DNA of 28,321 nucleotides from a bacterium (GTDB lineage Bacteria; Patescibacteriota; Minisyncoccia; Phycocordibacterales; Phycocordibacteraceae): NCBI GenBank assembly GCA_021817685.1, contig JAKAGD010000001.1, positions 1 to 28,321 of the forward strand, read 5' to 3'. Shown piece by piece: positions 8,518 to 19,530 of this stretch (position 1 is its first letter; each line of letters starts with the position of its first letter). The notes under the pieces were generated by a model. It saw only the letters and a program-made list of their open reading frames with translations, ran no database searches and was not told where the DNA came from. The position numbers and the translations under genes were made by a program.

Positions 8518-8787
8518 ATGGATCATCACCTTAATCCTCAGAAAGCCGCGCTTTCGATAGGTCTGTTCATCGGCGGCTGGCACCTCGTCTGGTCGCTTCT
8601 CGTCGCGTTCGGATGGGCGCAGCCGCTCGTGGACTTCGTCCTCTGGATGCACATGATAAGCCTGCCGTACGTCGTGAAGTCGTTCGACATGAGTGCGGCG
8701 GCTACGCTTATCATTCTCACCACGGTCGCCGGCTACATCTTCGGCCTCATATTCGCGCGCATCTGGAATCGGATGCACCGCGGCTGA
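8518..8787 (+). CDS. Small membrane protein, 89 aa
   Basis: Two to three hydrophobic segments, HLVWSLLVAFGWAQPLVDFVLWMHMI, and a clean ORF between two hairpins. Confidence 0.75.
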   Translation: MDHHLNPQKAALSIGLFIGGWHLVWSLLVAFGWAQPLVDFVLWMHMISLPYVVKSFDMSAAATLIILTTVAGYIFGLIFARIWNRMHRG

Positions 8788-8806
8788 CGATACTCGCGTT
8801 TCCCAT

Positions 8807-8835
8807 CAAACCGCCGCCGTATTGGCGGCGGTTTG
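8807..8835. terminator. Hairpin after the 89-aa gene
   Basis: CAAACCGCCGCC-gtatt-GGCGGCGGTTTG, perfect 12-bp stem. Confidence 0.55.
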
Positions 8836-8848
8836 GTATACTATCGGT

Positions 8849-9121
8849 ATGAAGATCGAATGGAATAGGGTGACCTGGTATTCGAAGTTGGCGGCGGTTG
8901 CCGTGTTCCTGGCGACGTTCTATATCGCCTTCAGTCTCGGCGTTTTCTACGAGCAGATACACGCTGAGAGCACGTTGAACGGCGCGCCGGCCGCCACGGG
9001 CGGCAAGGCCGGTGCGCACTGCGGCGGATTCATCCGGAACGCGCCGACCTGCGCCGCGGGCTACCACTGCGTTCTCAAAGTCAGCAATCCCGATACGGGC
9101 GGTACGTGCGTCGCAGACTAA
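8849..9121 (+). CDS. Membrane-anchored protein with C-terminal four-Cys module, 90 aa
   Basis: Start reassigned to MKIEWNRVTWYSKL (TGGTATACT 6 nt upstream). One TM helix, then CGGFIRNAPTCAAGYHCVLKVSNPDTGGTC. Confidence 0.75.
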   Translation: MKIEWNRVTWYSKLAAVAVFLATFYIAFSLGVFYEQIHAESTLNGAPAATGGKAGAHCGGFIRNAPTCAAGYHCVLKVSNPDTGGTCVAD

Positions 9122-9167
9122 AGAACATCGGCCGCAAAGGCGGTCGTGAGACTGGTACAATGCGAGA

Positions 9168-11864
<2,697 letters not shown>

Positions 11865-11870
11865 AACCCC

Positions 11871-13538
11871 ATGACCCAAGGCGAGGCGCTCACCATTCTG
11901 AAGACGGGCGCAAATGTGTATCTCACCGGCGAGCCGGGGAGCGGCAAGACGCATACCATCAATGCATTCGTTGCGTGGCTCCGCGCCTGCGGCATTGAAC
12001 CGTCGGTGACGGCGGCCACCGGCATCGCCGCAACGCACGTGAGCGGAATGACGCTCCATTCCTGGAGCGGCATCGGCATTTCCGAATCGCTTTCGCGAGC
12101 CGACGTGGACCGCATCGCGAGCAAAGAGCACGTGGCGCGGCGCATCCAGAAAGCAAAGGTGCTCATCATCGAAGAAATTTCCATGCTCTCCGCGGCGACC
12201 TTTGAGATGGCGGATGCTATCTGCCGCGAAGTGCGGCGCACGGACTCGCCGTTCGGCGGGCTCGTCGTCGTGCTGGTCGGCGACTTTTTCCAACTGCCGC
12301 CGGTCTCGCGAAATTCAGAGGTGCAATTCGCATACCGCTCGCCGGTCTGGCGCGACCTCAATCTCATCACCTGTTATCTCACCGAGCAGTATCGGCAGGA
12401 CGACCCTGAATTTCTCGGCGTGCTCTCCGCGATACGCTCAGGGCTCGTCGAGGAGATGCATTACGAACACCTCACGACACGCCGTGTCGTAACTGACGAG
12501 GAACATCCGGTAGATGCGCCGAAGCTCTTCTCGCACAATGCCGACGTGGACCGCATCAACGCCGCGGAGCTCGCGAAACTTCCGGGAAAAGTCATGAGAT
12601 TCCGGATGAGCGATAAAGGGAAGGACACGCTTGTGGAGGGGCTCAAGCGCGGGTGCCTTTCGCCGGAAGTGCTGGAACTCAAAGAAGGCGCGGCGGTAAT
12701 GTTCACCAAGAACTCGCCGCAGGGGAAATTCGTCAACGGGACGCTCGGCATCGTCGCCGGCTGGGGCGCGGATGGGACTCCCATCGTAAAGACGAAAGAC
12801 GGCCTGCGGATCACGACCGAGCCGATGGAGTGGCAACTGGAAGAGCAGGGGAAAGTGAAGGCAAGCGTGTCCCAGATACCGCTCCGGCTCGCCTATGCGA
12901 TGACCGTGCATAAGAGCCAGGGGATGAGCATGGACGCCGCGATTATGGATCTCTCCAGAGCTTTTGAATACGGGCAGGGATATGTGGCGCTCTCGCGCGT
13001 GCGGAGGCTCTCCGGGGTATACCTCACCGGTCTCAACCAGCGCGCGCTTGAAGTGCACCCGGAAATACTGGAAAAAGACAGGGATTTCCGCGCCGCGAGC
13101 GAGGCGGCGCGGGATGCGTTCGATGAGATGCCGGAGGCGGACAAAATTTCAATGCAGAAGAAGTTCGTAAAGGCGCTCGGCGGTGCGTGGCTTGATGAAG
13201 GCGCCAAGCGCGAAGCGCGGAATATGAAAGGGGGTACCGGGGGGTTGCCCGGGCGGCTCGCGGAGACGCTTCAGGCCGCGCGCGACGGCAAGTCGCTCAA
13301 AGAAGTCGCGAAGGAGCGCGGGCTCGTTGCCTCCACCATCGTGCATCACCTGGAAGAGCTCGCCGAGCTGGGGAAACTCGTCCGTGCCGATTTCGCCCAT
13401 CTCGTTCCGATGGACGTCATCGACGAGATACACGAGGCGCTCGCAACCGTGAAAGGCGACAAGCTCTCGCCCGTTTTCCATGCGCTTCGCGGCCGGCACT
13501 CGTTCGAGACTATCCGCCTCGTGCGGCTTATGCGTTAG
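11871..13538 (+). CDS. PIF1-family SF1B helicase with C-terminal helix-turn-helix domain
   Basis: GEPGSGKT, TAATGIAA, FGGLVVVLVGDFFQLPPV, LTEQYRQ, LAYAMTVHKSQG and GQGYVALSR motifs. C-terminal KSLKEVAKERGLVASTIVHHLEEL HTH. Confidence 0.92.
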   Translation: MTQGEALTILKTGANVYLTGEPGSGKTHTINAFVAWLRACGIEPSVTAATGIAATHVSGMTLHSWSGIGISESLSRADVDRIASKEHVARRIQKAKVLIIEEISMLSAATFEMADAICREVRRTDSPFGGLVVVLVGDFFQLPPVSRNSEVQFAYRSPVWRDLNLITCYLTEQYRQDDPEFLGVLSAIRSGLVEEMHYEHLTTRRVVTDEEHPVDAPKLFSHNADVDRINAAELAKLPGKVMRFRMSDKGKDTLVEGLKRGCLSPEVLELKEGAAVMFTKNSPQGKFVNGTLGIVAGWGADGTPIVKTKDGLRITTEPMEWQLEEQGKVKASVSQIPLRLAYAMTVHKSQGMSMDAAIMDLSRAFEYGQGYVALSRVRRLSGVYLTGLNQRALEVHPEILEKDRDFRAASEAARDAFDEMPEADKISMQKKFVKALGGAWLDEGAKREARNMKGGTGGLPGRLAETLQAARDGKSLKEVAKERGLVASTIVHHLEELAELGKLVRADFAHLVPMDVIDEIHEALATVKGDKLSPVFHALRGRHSFETIRLVRLMR

Positions 13539-14277
13539 CCAGAGTCTCTTCTATCACCTCGGCGGTTTCGGCGGGACCGCTTATCTGCCGCGTGGGAATG
13601 CCGGTCTCTTTCACTATCTCGTCGTTGCCGCCCGGGAAGAGCGCATCGCCTACATACACCATGTCGGGAATCGGCAGAGCGAGCATTTCGGAGAACTTGC
13701 GTACGCCATACGCTTTTGTCATACCGGCGCGCGTGATGTCGATGGAATTCGTCGCGTTCACGCGGACGGAGAATTCGGGAAGGCGCGCAAGGAGCGCCGC
13801 CTGAAGCGGAGCGCGTTTTTTTCGGTCGGGGTCCCACGCCCTTTTCATCTCAATGGGCGCTTGCTGGCCGAGTGCGGACCACGTGATCTGCGTGCCGCGG
13901 TCTTCAGTTTGTTCGCCCCAAAGCTGCGGCGGCGGGACGTCAAGACCGGTCTCGCGGAGCGATTCAGCGAGCGCTTCGAGCACTTTTGATTTTTCTTCCG
14001 GCGTGAACGGATTGTTGTAGAGGAACTGCCACGCGCCGTCTTTCCAGGTGTAGCATTGTGCGGCGCTTGTGGGGAAGAGATACAGGTTCGCGAGGTTCGC
14101 ATTCGGCGGCAGAGCAACCAGCATTTGTTTCTGGAACTGCGCGTAGGAGCCGCCGGACATCACGGCGACCGGCATCCTCTCGAGGAGGCGCGCAAGCGTC
14201 GCGCCCATCTCGGCGGTCATCGGCGATTTGCTCTCTGCGAGCGTGCCGTCCAGGTCAAAAATGAGCGCCTTGATCAT
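13528..14277 (-). CDS. HAD-IIB hydrolase, eukaryotic-type phosphomannomutase-like
   Basis: FDLDGTL, SGGSYAQFQKQ, EDRGTQITWSALGQQAP, NSIDIT...K and YVGDALFPGGND motifs. ATGA overlap with the upstream GH130. Confidence 0.85.
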   Translation of the reverse strand: MIKALIFDLDGTLAESKSPMTAEMGATLARLLERMPVAVMSGGSYAQFQKQMLVALPPNANLANLYLFPTSAAQCYTWKDGAWQFLYNNPFTPEEKSKVLEALAESLRETGLDVPPPQLWGEQTEDRGTQITWSALGQQAPIEMKRAWDPDRKKRAPLQAALLARLPEFSVRVNATNSIDITRAGMTKAYGVRKFSEMLALPIPDMVYVGDALFPGGNDEIVKETGIPTRQISGPAETAEVIEETLANA

Positions 14278-16190
14278 GTGAGTGCATTAAGGATGTGCGA
14301 AAGAGAACCGGTCGCGACGCCGATGACCTTGTCCGCCGCACCGTAGTAGAGGAAGACCGTATCGCCGCGGACGACGGCGCCGCAGGAGAAGACGACGTTC
14401 GCGATTTCGCCCTCCCGCTCGTATTTCTCTGTCGGTTCAAACACCGGGTCGGCGGTGCGCGCGAGGACTGCGGAGCCGGCGGCGTCCAGGAGCGCGGCGC
14501 CGAGGCGGTAGGTGGAATGGCGCGAGACGCCGTGGTAGATCATCAGCCAATTGTTGCCGACCCTGATGGGCGGAGCCGCGCTGCCGACCTTCGAGCCGTC
14601 CCACATCCCGAGGCGCGGGCCCATAATTTCAATACAGCGGCTGGCGCGCGTGCCGGAGAACAGGTCGGGGAGGATGTCGGCGCATATCATGCTGTTGATG
14701 CGGTGGAAGAGCATGAAGTTCCCTCCCATTTTCTCGGGCATCAGCACGAGGTCTTTGTCGTCCACGCCTTCGGGGGTCAGGATGAACGGCGTGCTCCACG
14801 CGCTCCAGCGGCGCGCAAGGAAATCCTCCACGCTTATAGAGGTTACCGCGCCGGAAGGCGAGTGCACGCCGTCGTATGCGGTATAGGTCATGTGGAGCGT
14901 GTCGCCAATGCGCACGATGCGCGGGTCCTCGCAACCGGAATTCCCGACCGGGCTGCCGCGCTTCATCTCAAAATCGGCGCGCGGCACATAGATGGGCTCG
15001 GGTAAGCGTTCGCCGATGGTGACGCCGTCTTTGGAAACGGCGAGTCCGATGGTGGAGGTGTTCGCCTGGTCCATCGCGCGGTAGAGGATGTATATGGAAC
15101 CGTCGAGTTCAATGGCGGCTGGATTGAACACAGCGCGGCTTTCGAACCCGGCGCCCTGCGGAGAAAGGATCGGGTTCTCCTCCGAACGGATGAAGGTGCG
15201 CGCAGGCTCTTCCGGGTCCAGTGCGCGCAGGAGGTCGGCGAGCTTCACGCTCGCTTTCGCGCAGACGGTATCGGCCGCGCCGTACCAAATATCGAGCATG
15301 CCGTGGTCGGCGAGCGTCACACTCGTGGGGAAGACGATATGCGGTACGAGCCCGTACTCCTCGTAAAATTCCTGCGGGATGAGGAACGACTCCGTGCGGG
15401 AGATGAGTTTCTGCGGATCATCGCGGTCAAGCATCGCCGCTTCCACCGAGAAGATGCGCTTGTCCCCGTCGTAATAATTCTGGATGTAGGAATAGATGAG
15501 GAGCCACCCCTTCTCGGTGAGCAGCGGCGACGCGCCGACTTCAATGTGGTCCCGGTCAGTGCGGTGCAATTCGGGGAGCGCGTGGTCGGCGAGGTGTTCG
15601 TGCCATACCCGCCAGTATTCGGGGTCGAAGAATTCCTCAATATGCCTCGCTCGCGCGAGCGCGATGGTGGCACGCGGGTGCTCCGCGGTCCAGTCGGTGT
15701 GCGCGGTGAGGAGAAGGACAATATCGCCGTTCACACGTTCGGGGAAGAGCGTCGCCGCCTTGGCGTTGAACGGCGTGACGAGATGCCGCTCCGTGAATTT
15801 GTTCGGTGCATCGCCGACCGCGACCGCTACTTTGATGTTGTCGGGGCCGAAGGGGTAGCCGCCGAGCGCGGTATAGAAACAGTACCAGCGGCCTTCAAAA
15901 TACGTCACGCGCGGGTCTTCGCAGCCGAACCGGTCCCACTCCTCCATCGGGACGATGACTTGCTCGCGCGAATGGAAATGGACGCCGTCTTCGGCGAACG
16001 CCAATCCGATGCTCGAGAGGCCTGCCGTCGGCGTTTGGAGCGCGTCGGGGTTGCCGAACGCGCGGTAAAAGAGATACACGCCCTCCTGGGTGCGCACGGC
16101 GGAAGGGTTAAAGGTGGCCATGGATTCCCACGGGCGCTCGCGCCGTGGCGCAAGGATGGGGTTATGGGATTCTCGGCGGATGACGAACAT
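14274..16190 (-). CDS. Tandem two-domain GH130 glycoside phosphorylase/hydrolase
   Basis: Start reassigned to MFVIRRESHNPIL (TACACT 7 nt upstream). Two NPIL/FNP/GCEDPR/W(Y)YGAAD domains. Confidence 0.88.
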   Translation of the reverse strand: MFVIRRESHNPILAPRRERPWESMATFNPSAVRTQEGVYLFYRAFGNPDALQTPTAGLSSIGLAFAEDGVHFHSREQVIVPMEEWDRFGCEDPRVTYFEGRWYCFYTALGGYPFGPDNIKVAVAVGDAPNKFTERHLVTPFNAKAATLFPERVNGDIVLLLTAHTDWTAEHPRATIALARARHIEEFFDPEYWRVWHEHLADHALPELHRTDRDHIEVGASPLLTEKGWLLIYSYIQNYYDGDKRIFSVEAAMLDRDDPQKLISRTESFLIPQEFYEEYGLVPHIVFPTSVTLADHGMLDIWYGAADTVCAKASVKLADLLRALDPEEPARTFIRSEENPILSPQGAGFESRAVFNPAAIELDGSIYILYRAMDQANTSTIGLAVSKDGVTIGERLPEPIYVPRADFEMKRGSPVGNSGCEDPRIVRIGDTLHMTYTAYDGVHSPSGAVTSISVEDFLARRWSAWSTPFILTPEGVDDKDLVLMPEKMGGNFMLFHRINSMICADILPDLFSGTRASRCIEIMGPRLGMWDGSKVGSAAPPIRVGNNWLMIYHGVSRHSTYRLGAALLDAAGSAVLARTADPVFEPTEKYEREGEIANVVFSCGAVVRGDTVFLYYGAADKVIGVATGSLSHILNALT

Positions 16191-16195
16191 ACTCC

Positions 16196-16819
16196 CTAGT
16201 GTACCGCCCGCGTCTCCTTCGGAAAACCGATATACGCACGGATAGTTTTGACGCCGTGCACCGCAAGCGCGATAGACCGCATGCATCCGTCATCAATATC
16301 GCCCTTCATTTGACGCTTCAATCCCTTTCTCCCGCGGGTTCCCGTCCCGCCCTTGAATATGATGGGGAGGAGATATTTTTCCTTCTGGAGGAGCCCGACG
16401 TTCGTGGCGAGCATATTTTTCACCGCTCGCCGCGCCCGCTTGGCGAATCTACCGGAATCTTTTTCGATAGCGCTGCGTACTTTGTCGGCCGTGTCTTTGA
16501 GCGAGCCGTTCGTCCAAGAGAGCGGCAGGTCTCCGGCTTTCTTCCAGGTGCCGATTTCATTCACCGTGACTTCTCCCAGGTACCAGTCGCTCTCGTTATA
16601 GGCATGAAGCCGTCGGGGCCAGTCGGGAGAAACGCGCGCATCAAGCTGTTTGGTCGTCATCCTGAGGCCCTTTTGTTTTGATCGCGAGAATTTTTTCCGG
16701 AACTCCTCTTCCGTTATTCTGCCCAAGAACCTCCTGCCGTTTTTCTGGATCCGGATATCGTTCGCGATAACGAACGTACGCTTCACTTCGCGCGCACTTA
16801 CTTTCCTAAGGAGCTTCAT
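16196..16819 (-). CDS. Basic hypothetical protein with a ParB/sulfiredoxin-like C-terminal motif
   Basis: 207-aa ORF with ATGA overlap on the upstream GH130 stop. LPIIF...DIDDGCMRSIALAVHGVKTIRAYIG resembles the ParB-N DGxHR segment. Confidence 0.65.
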   Translation of the reverse strand: MKLLRKVSAREVKRTFVIANDIRIQKNGRRFLGRITEEEFRKKFSRSKQKGLRMTTKQLDARVSPDWPRRLHAYNESDWYLGEVTVNEIGTWKKAGDLPLSWTNGSLKDTADKVRSAIEKDSGRFAKRARRAVKNMLATNVGLLQKEKYLLPIIFKGGTGTRGRKGLKRQMKGDIDDGCMRSIALAVHGVKTIRAYIGFPKETRAVH

Positions 16820-17988
16820 GTGTTCTCTGGAGCCTGTGCGAGCTCCATAGACTCCAGCTCCGGCTGGTTGCCTCTGACCAGCGCGTCAACGAAAGACGCA
16901 AGCGGCGTAGTGGCGACGCAGATGACCTTGTCCGCGCCGCCGTAGTAGACGAAAAGCTGGCCGTTTCGCACCACCGCGCCGCAGGCGTACACGATGCCCG
17001 GCTTGCCGTGATTTTCGTAGTGCTCATTCGGCACAATAACCGGTCCGGACGAGCGATAGAGCACCTTTGTCGGGTCCTCAAGGTCAAGGAGCATCGCGCC
17101 GACTTTATAGAGATGGCGTTCATTTTCTTGTGTCGCGTGATAGAACAAAAGCCAGCCGCGATCGGTTCTGATGGGCGGCGGGCCAGCGCCACGAATGACA
17201 CTGTCCCATGCACCCTCCCGACCTGGAGCGCTCGGGCGCGGACCCTCCCAGCTCTTGATGAAGGGTTCTTCGGTACCGACGTCTTCGATGGAGTTGACGT
17301 AGGCGACTTCTACTTTTGGAACGATACTGTGGAGAATTGCGTACTTACCAGCGATTTTTTCGGGGAACATTACCCAGTTTTTATGGATCTGACTCGGCGG
17401 AGAGAGAATGTGCGGCCCGTCCCATTTCCAGAATTGTTCGGACAGGAAATCGTCCTCGGATATTGAAATAACGGCGACGCGGATGTAGTCCCAGCCGTCG
17501 AACATATTAAAGGTGATATAAATGCGGCCCTCGATATCCACCATGCGCGGGTCCTCGCAACCGCCCCAACTGCCGCCTGAAGGGTAGAGGACGAAAGAGT
17601 ACCGCTGTGCGTGGCCGGGGATATTCCGCGGTTTCTGCGCGACGTAGACAGGGTAAGGAAAACGTTTATCAAAAAGGAGGCCGTCCGGACTGCTTGCATA
17701 GCCGAGGCGCGAGACGCCGTCCATGCCGATGGCGCGGTAAATGAGATGCGTGCGGTTCTGGAGCACGAGCGCTGCCGGGTTCAACACCGCTTCGGCCGTC
17801 CACGGGTGAGTGCCCGGATGAATGATGGGATTGTGCGGATGCTTGTCGAGAAGGAGGAGACGCCTGAGACGGAGTATCTCCACGAGCTTTTCCCGTATCG
17901 GTTGCGAGAAGAGCGCCCCTAATACTGCTCCTATGACGAAGAACGAAAAGAGCAGTGCGACGATATTCGCTAAAAAGGCGGTGCTCAT
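16816..17988 (-). CDS. GH130 family protein with N-terminal transmembrane anchor
   Basis: Hydrophobic N-terminal helix, then NPII, VLNPAA, GGCEDPR, HKNW, GAGPPPI and YYGGAD motifs. Confidence 0.88.
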   Translation of the reverse strand: MSTAFLANIVALLFSFFVIGAVLGALFSQPIREKLVEILRLRRLLLLDKHPHNPIIHPGTHPWTAEAVLNPAALVLQNRTHLIYRAIGMDGVSRLGYASSPDGLLFDKRFPYPVYVAQKPRNIPGHAQRYSFVLYPSGGSWGGCEDPRMVDIEGRIYITFNMFDGWDYIRVAVISISEDDFLSEQFWKWDGPHILSPPSQIHKNWVMFPEKIAGKYAILHSIVPKVEVAYVNSIEDVGTEEPFIKSWEGPRPSAPGREGAWDSVIRGAGPPPIRTDRGWLLFYHATQENERHLYKVGAMLLDLEDPTKVLYRSSGPVIVPNEHYENHGKPGIVYACGAVVRNGQLFVYYGGADKVICVATTPLASFVDALVRGNQPELESMELAQAPENT

Positions 17989-18080
17989 AAATAAAAAGTG
18001 AGCATCTCCACAATACCACCCGCAAGGCGCTTACGGGCGCCGTAGTGCACAGCGGAACCCGTCCATGCTATATTCCGTTT

Positions 18081-18458
18081 ATGCAACTGGAAGTTTGTCT
18101 GGCAAAAATACATCGAGCGACGGTTACCGACGCCGACCTTGATTATATGGGGTCCATTACGATAGACGGCTTGCTCCTTGATGCCGCCGGTCTGCTCCCG
18201 AACCAGTCGGTTCTGGTCAATAGCCTCGCGAACGGAATCTCGTGGAAGACGTACATCGTGCGGGGCGAAGAAGGGAAGGGCGAGATCATCCTCAATGGCC
18301 CGCCGGCGCACCATTTCAAGAAGGGCGATATGGTCATCATCCTGTCCTATGTGCAGGTGAGCGAGGAGGAGGCGAAGAAAATGCCGCACCCCACGACTGT
18401 TTTCGTGGACAAAGAGAACAAACTCACCGAGGTAAAAAAGGGTTGGCGTCCGTCTTGA
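18081..18458 (+). CDS. panD: Aspartate 1-decarboxylase (PanD) homolog, pyruvoyl-dependent, with altered substrate pocket
   Basis: Start reassigned to MQLEVCLAKIHR (TGCTATATT 6 nt upstream). Colinear with E. coli PanD: K9, H11, Y22, G24-S25 cleavage site, T57, Y58 and N72 are retained. Confidence 0.85.
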   Translation: MQLEVCLAKIHRATVTDADLDYMGSITIDGLLLDAAGLLPNQSVLVNSLANGISWKTYIVRGEEGKGEIILNGPPAHHFKKGDMVIILSYVQVSEEEAKKMPHPTTVFVDKENKLTEVKKGWRPS

Positions 18459-18534
18459 ATTAAGGTATGGTGCGTCCCAGAAGCCCTTTGTAACGAGAGG
18501 GCGTCTTTCTTTTAACTTCCTGAAGGGGAATGAA

Positions 18535-19488
18535 ATGAAACGCACGCTTCAAGATGTCTACGCCAATCCTATTTTCGGCGCTCTGTATCCGGAGGGGCTT
18601 GAATTCATGACAGCGCGCCGCCTCCCGTCCTCTTTCGAGGAAGCCGGGATCGACGTTACCGCTCTCGTTTCTTTCGGTGTATTTCCGCACATCAAGACGA
18701 TACCTGCGGCGCAAATGATGCTGGAGGATTTCAAGAACGGGCTTTACGAAGGGAAGCACACCATGGTCGTCGACTCCTCGGGCAACACTGCACACGCGGT
18801 CGCGCGCCTCGCGCGGGCGTTCGCTTTCAAGATGGTCAAGGTGGTGCTGTCGAAAGATGTCCCGGAAAGCAAGAAGGGGATTCTCGCGGCGCTTCCCGGA
18901 GTCGAGCTTATCGAGGTCGGGGAAAAAGTCTCGGAACGAGCGCAAGAAGAAGGGCGGCGGCCCGGCCATGTGCACCTGGACCAGTACAAGCATATGGGCA
19001 ACGTACACGGGCACGAGTTATATACCGGTCCCGAAATCGTTCGGGTGCTAGGCCAAGCTCCGCGCGTCATTACCATCGCCATGGGTTCGGGCGGTACTGC
19101 CTGTGGCGTCGGGCGTTTCTTCAGGGCGAACCATCCGGACACGCTCATTATCGGCGTCCGTCCGAGGCTCGGCGAGCGGGTGCCCGGCGCACGCGATAAG
19201 AAGAAAATGGAAGAGGATGTGACGCTTCCATGGGAAGAAGTCGTTGACGTTGTCATCGAAGAAACCCGCAAAGACTCTTTCATCGCAATGCGCAGGCTCT
19301 GGAGGGACGTGGAGCCGCAGCCGGGACCGACCTCGGGCCTCGCCTTCGTGGGTCTTGAAGAATATCTCGAGATCTGTCCACCCGAAACGCTCCGGCGGTT
19401 CACAGGGGGAATCGCCGCCTTCCTGTGCCCGGACGACGGTCGTTTCTATTCGGAACGCACGACGGGCGAACTTGATCCCGATCAATAG
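18535..19488 (+). CDS. Fold-type II PLP enzyme, divergent cysteine-synthase family
   Basis: Schiff-base Lys in PHIKTIPA, DSSGNT loop, MGSGGT phosphate loop, GPTSG, and C-terminal CPDDGRFY. Confidence 0.82.
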   Translation: MKRTLQDVYANPIFGALYPEGLEFMTARRLPSSFEEAGIDVTALVSFGVFPHIKTIPAAQMMLEDFKNGLYEGKHTMVVDSSGNTAHAVARLARAFAFKMVKVVLSKDVPESKKGILAALPGVELIEVGEKVSERAQEEGRRPGHVHLDQYKHMGNVHGHELYTGPEIVRVLGQAPRVITIAMGSGGTACGVGRFFRANHPDTLIIGVRPRLGERVPGARDKKKMEEDVTLPWEEVVDVVIEETRKDSFIAMRRLWRDVEPQPGPTSGLAFVGLEEYLEICPPETLRRFTGGIAAFLCPDDGRFYSERTTGELDPDQ

Positions 19489-19505
19489 ACCCAGTTGTTC
19501 CTCCC

Positions 19506-19530
19506 AAATCCCCGGCCTTGCCGGGGATTT
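19506..19530. terminator. Bidirectional terminator between convergent genes
   Basis: AAATCCCCGGC-ctt-GCCGGGGATTT, 11-bp stem with A/T flanks. Confidence 0.7.

Noticed and set aside
18535-19488. Naming this gene cysK or cysM
   Set aside because: The sequence around the catalytic Lys is too divergent to assume O-acetylserine sulfhydrylase activity.
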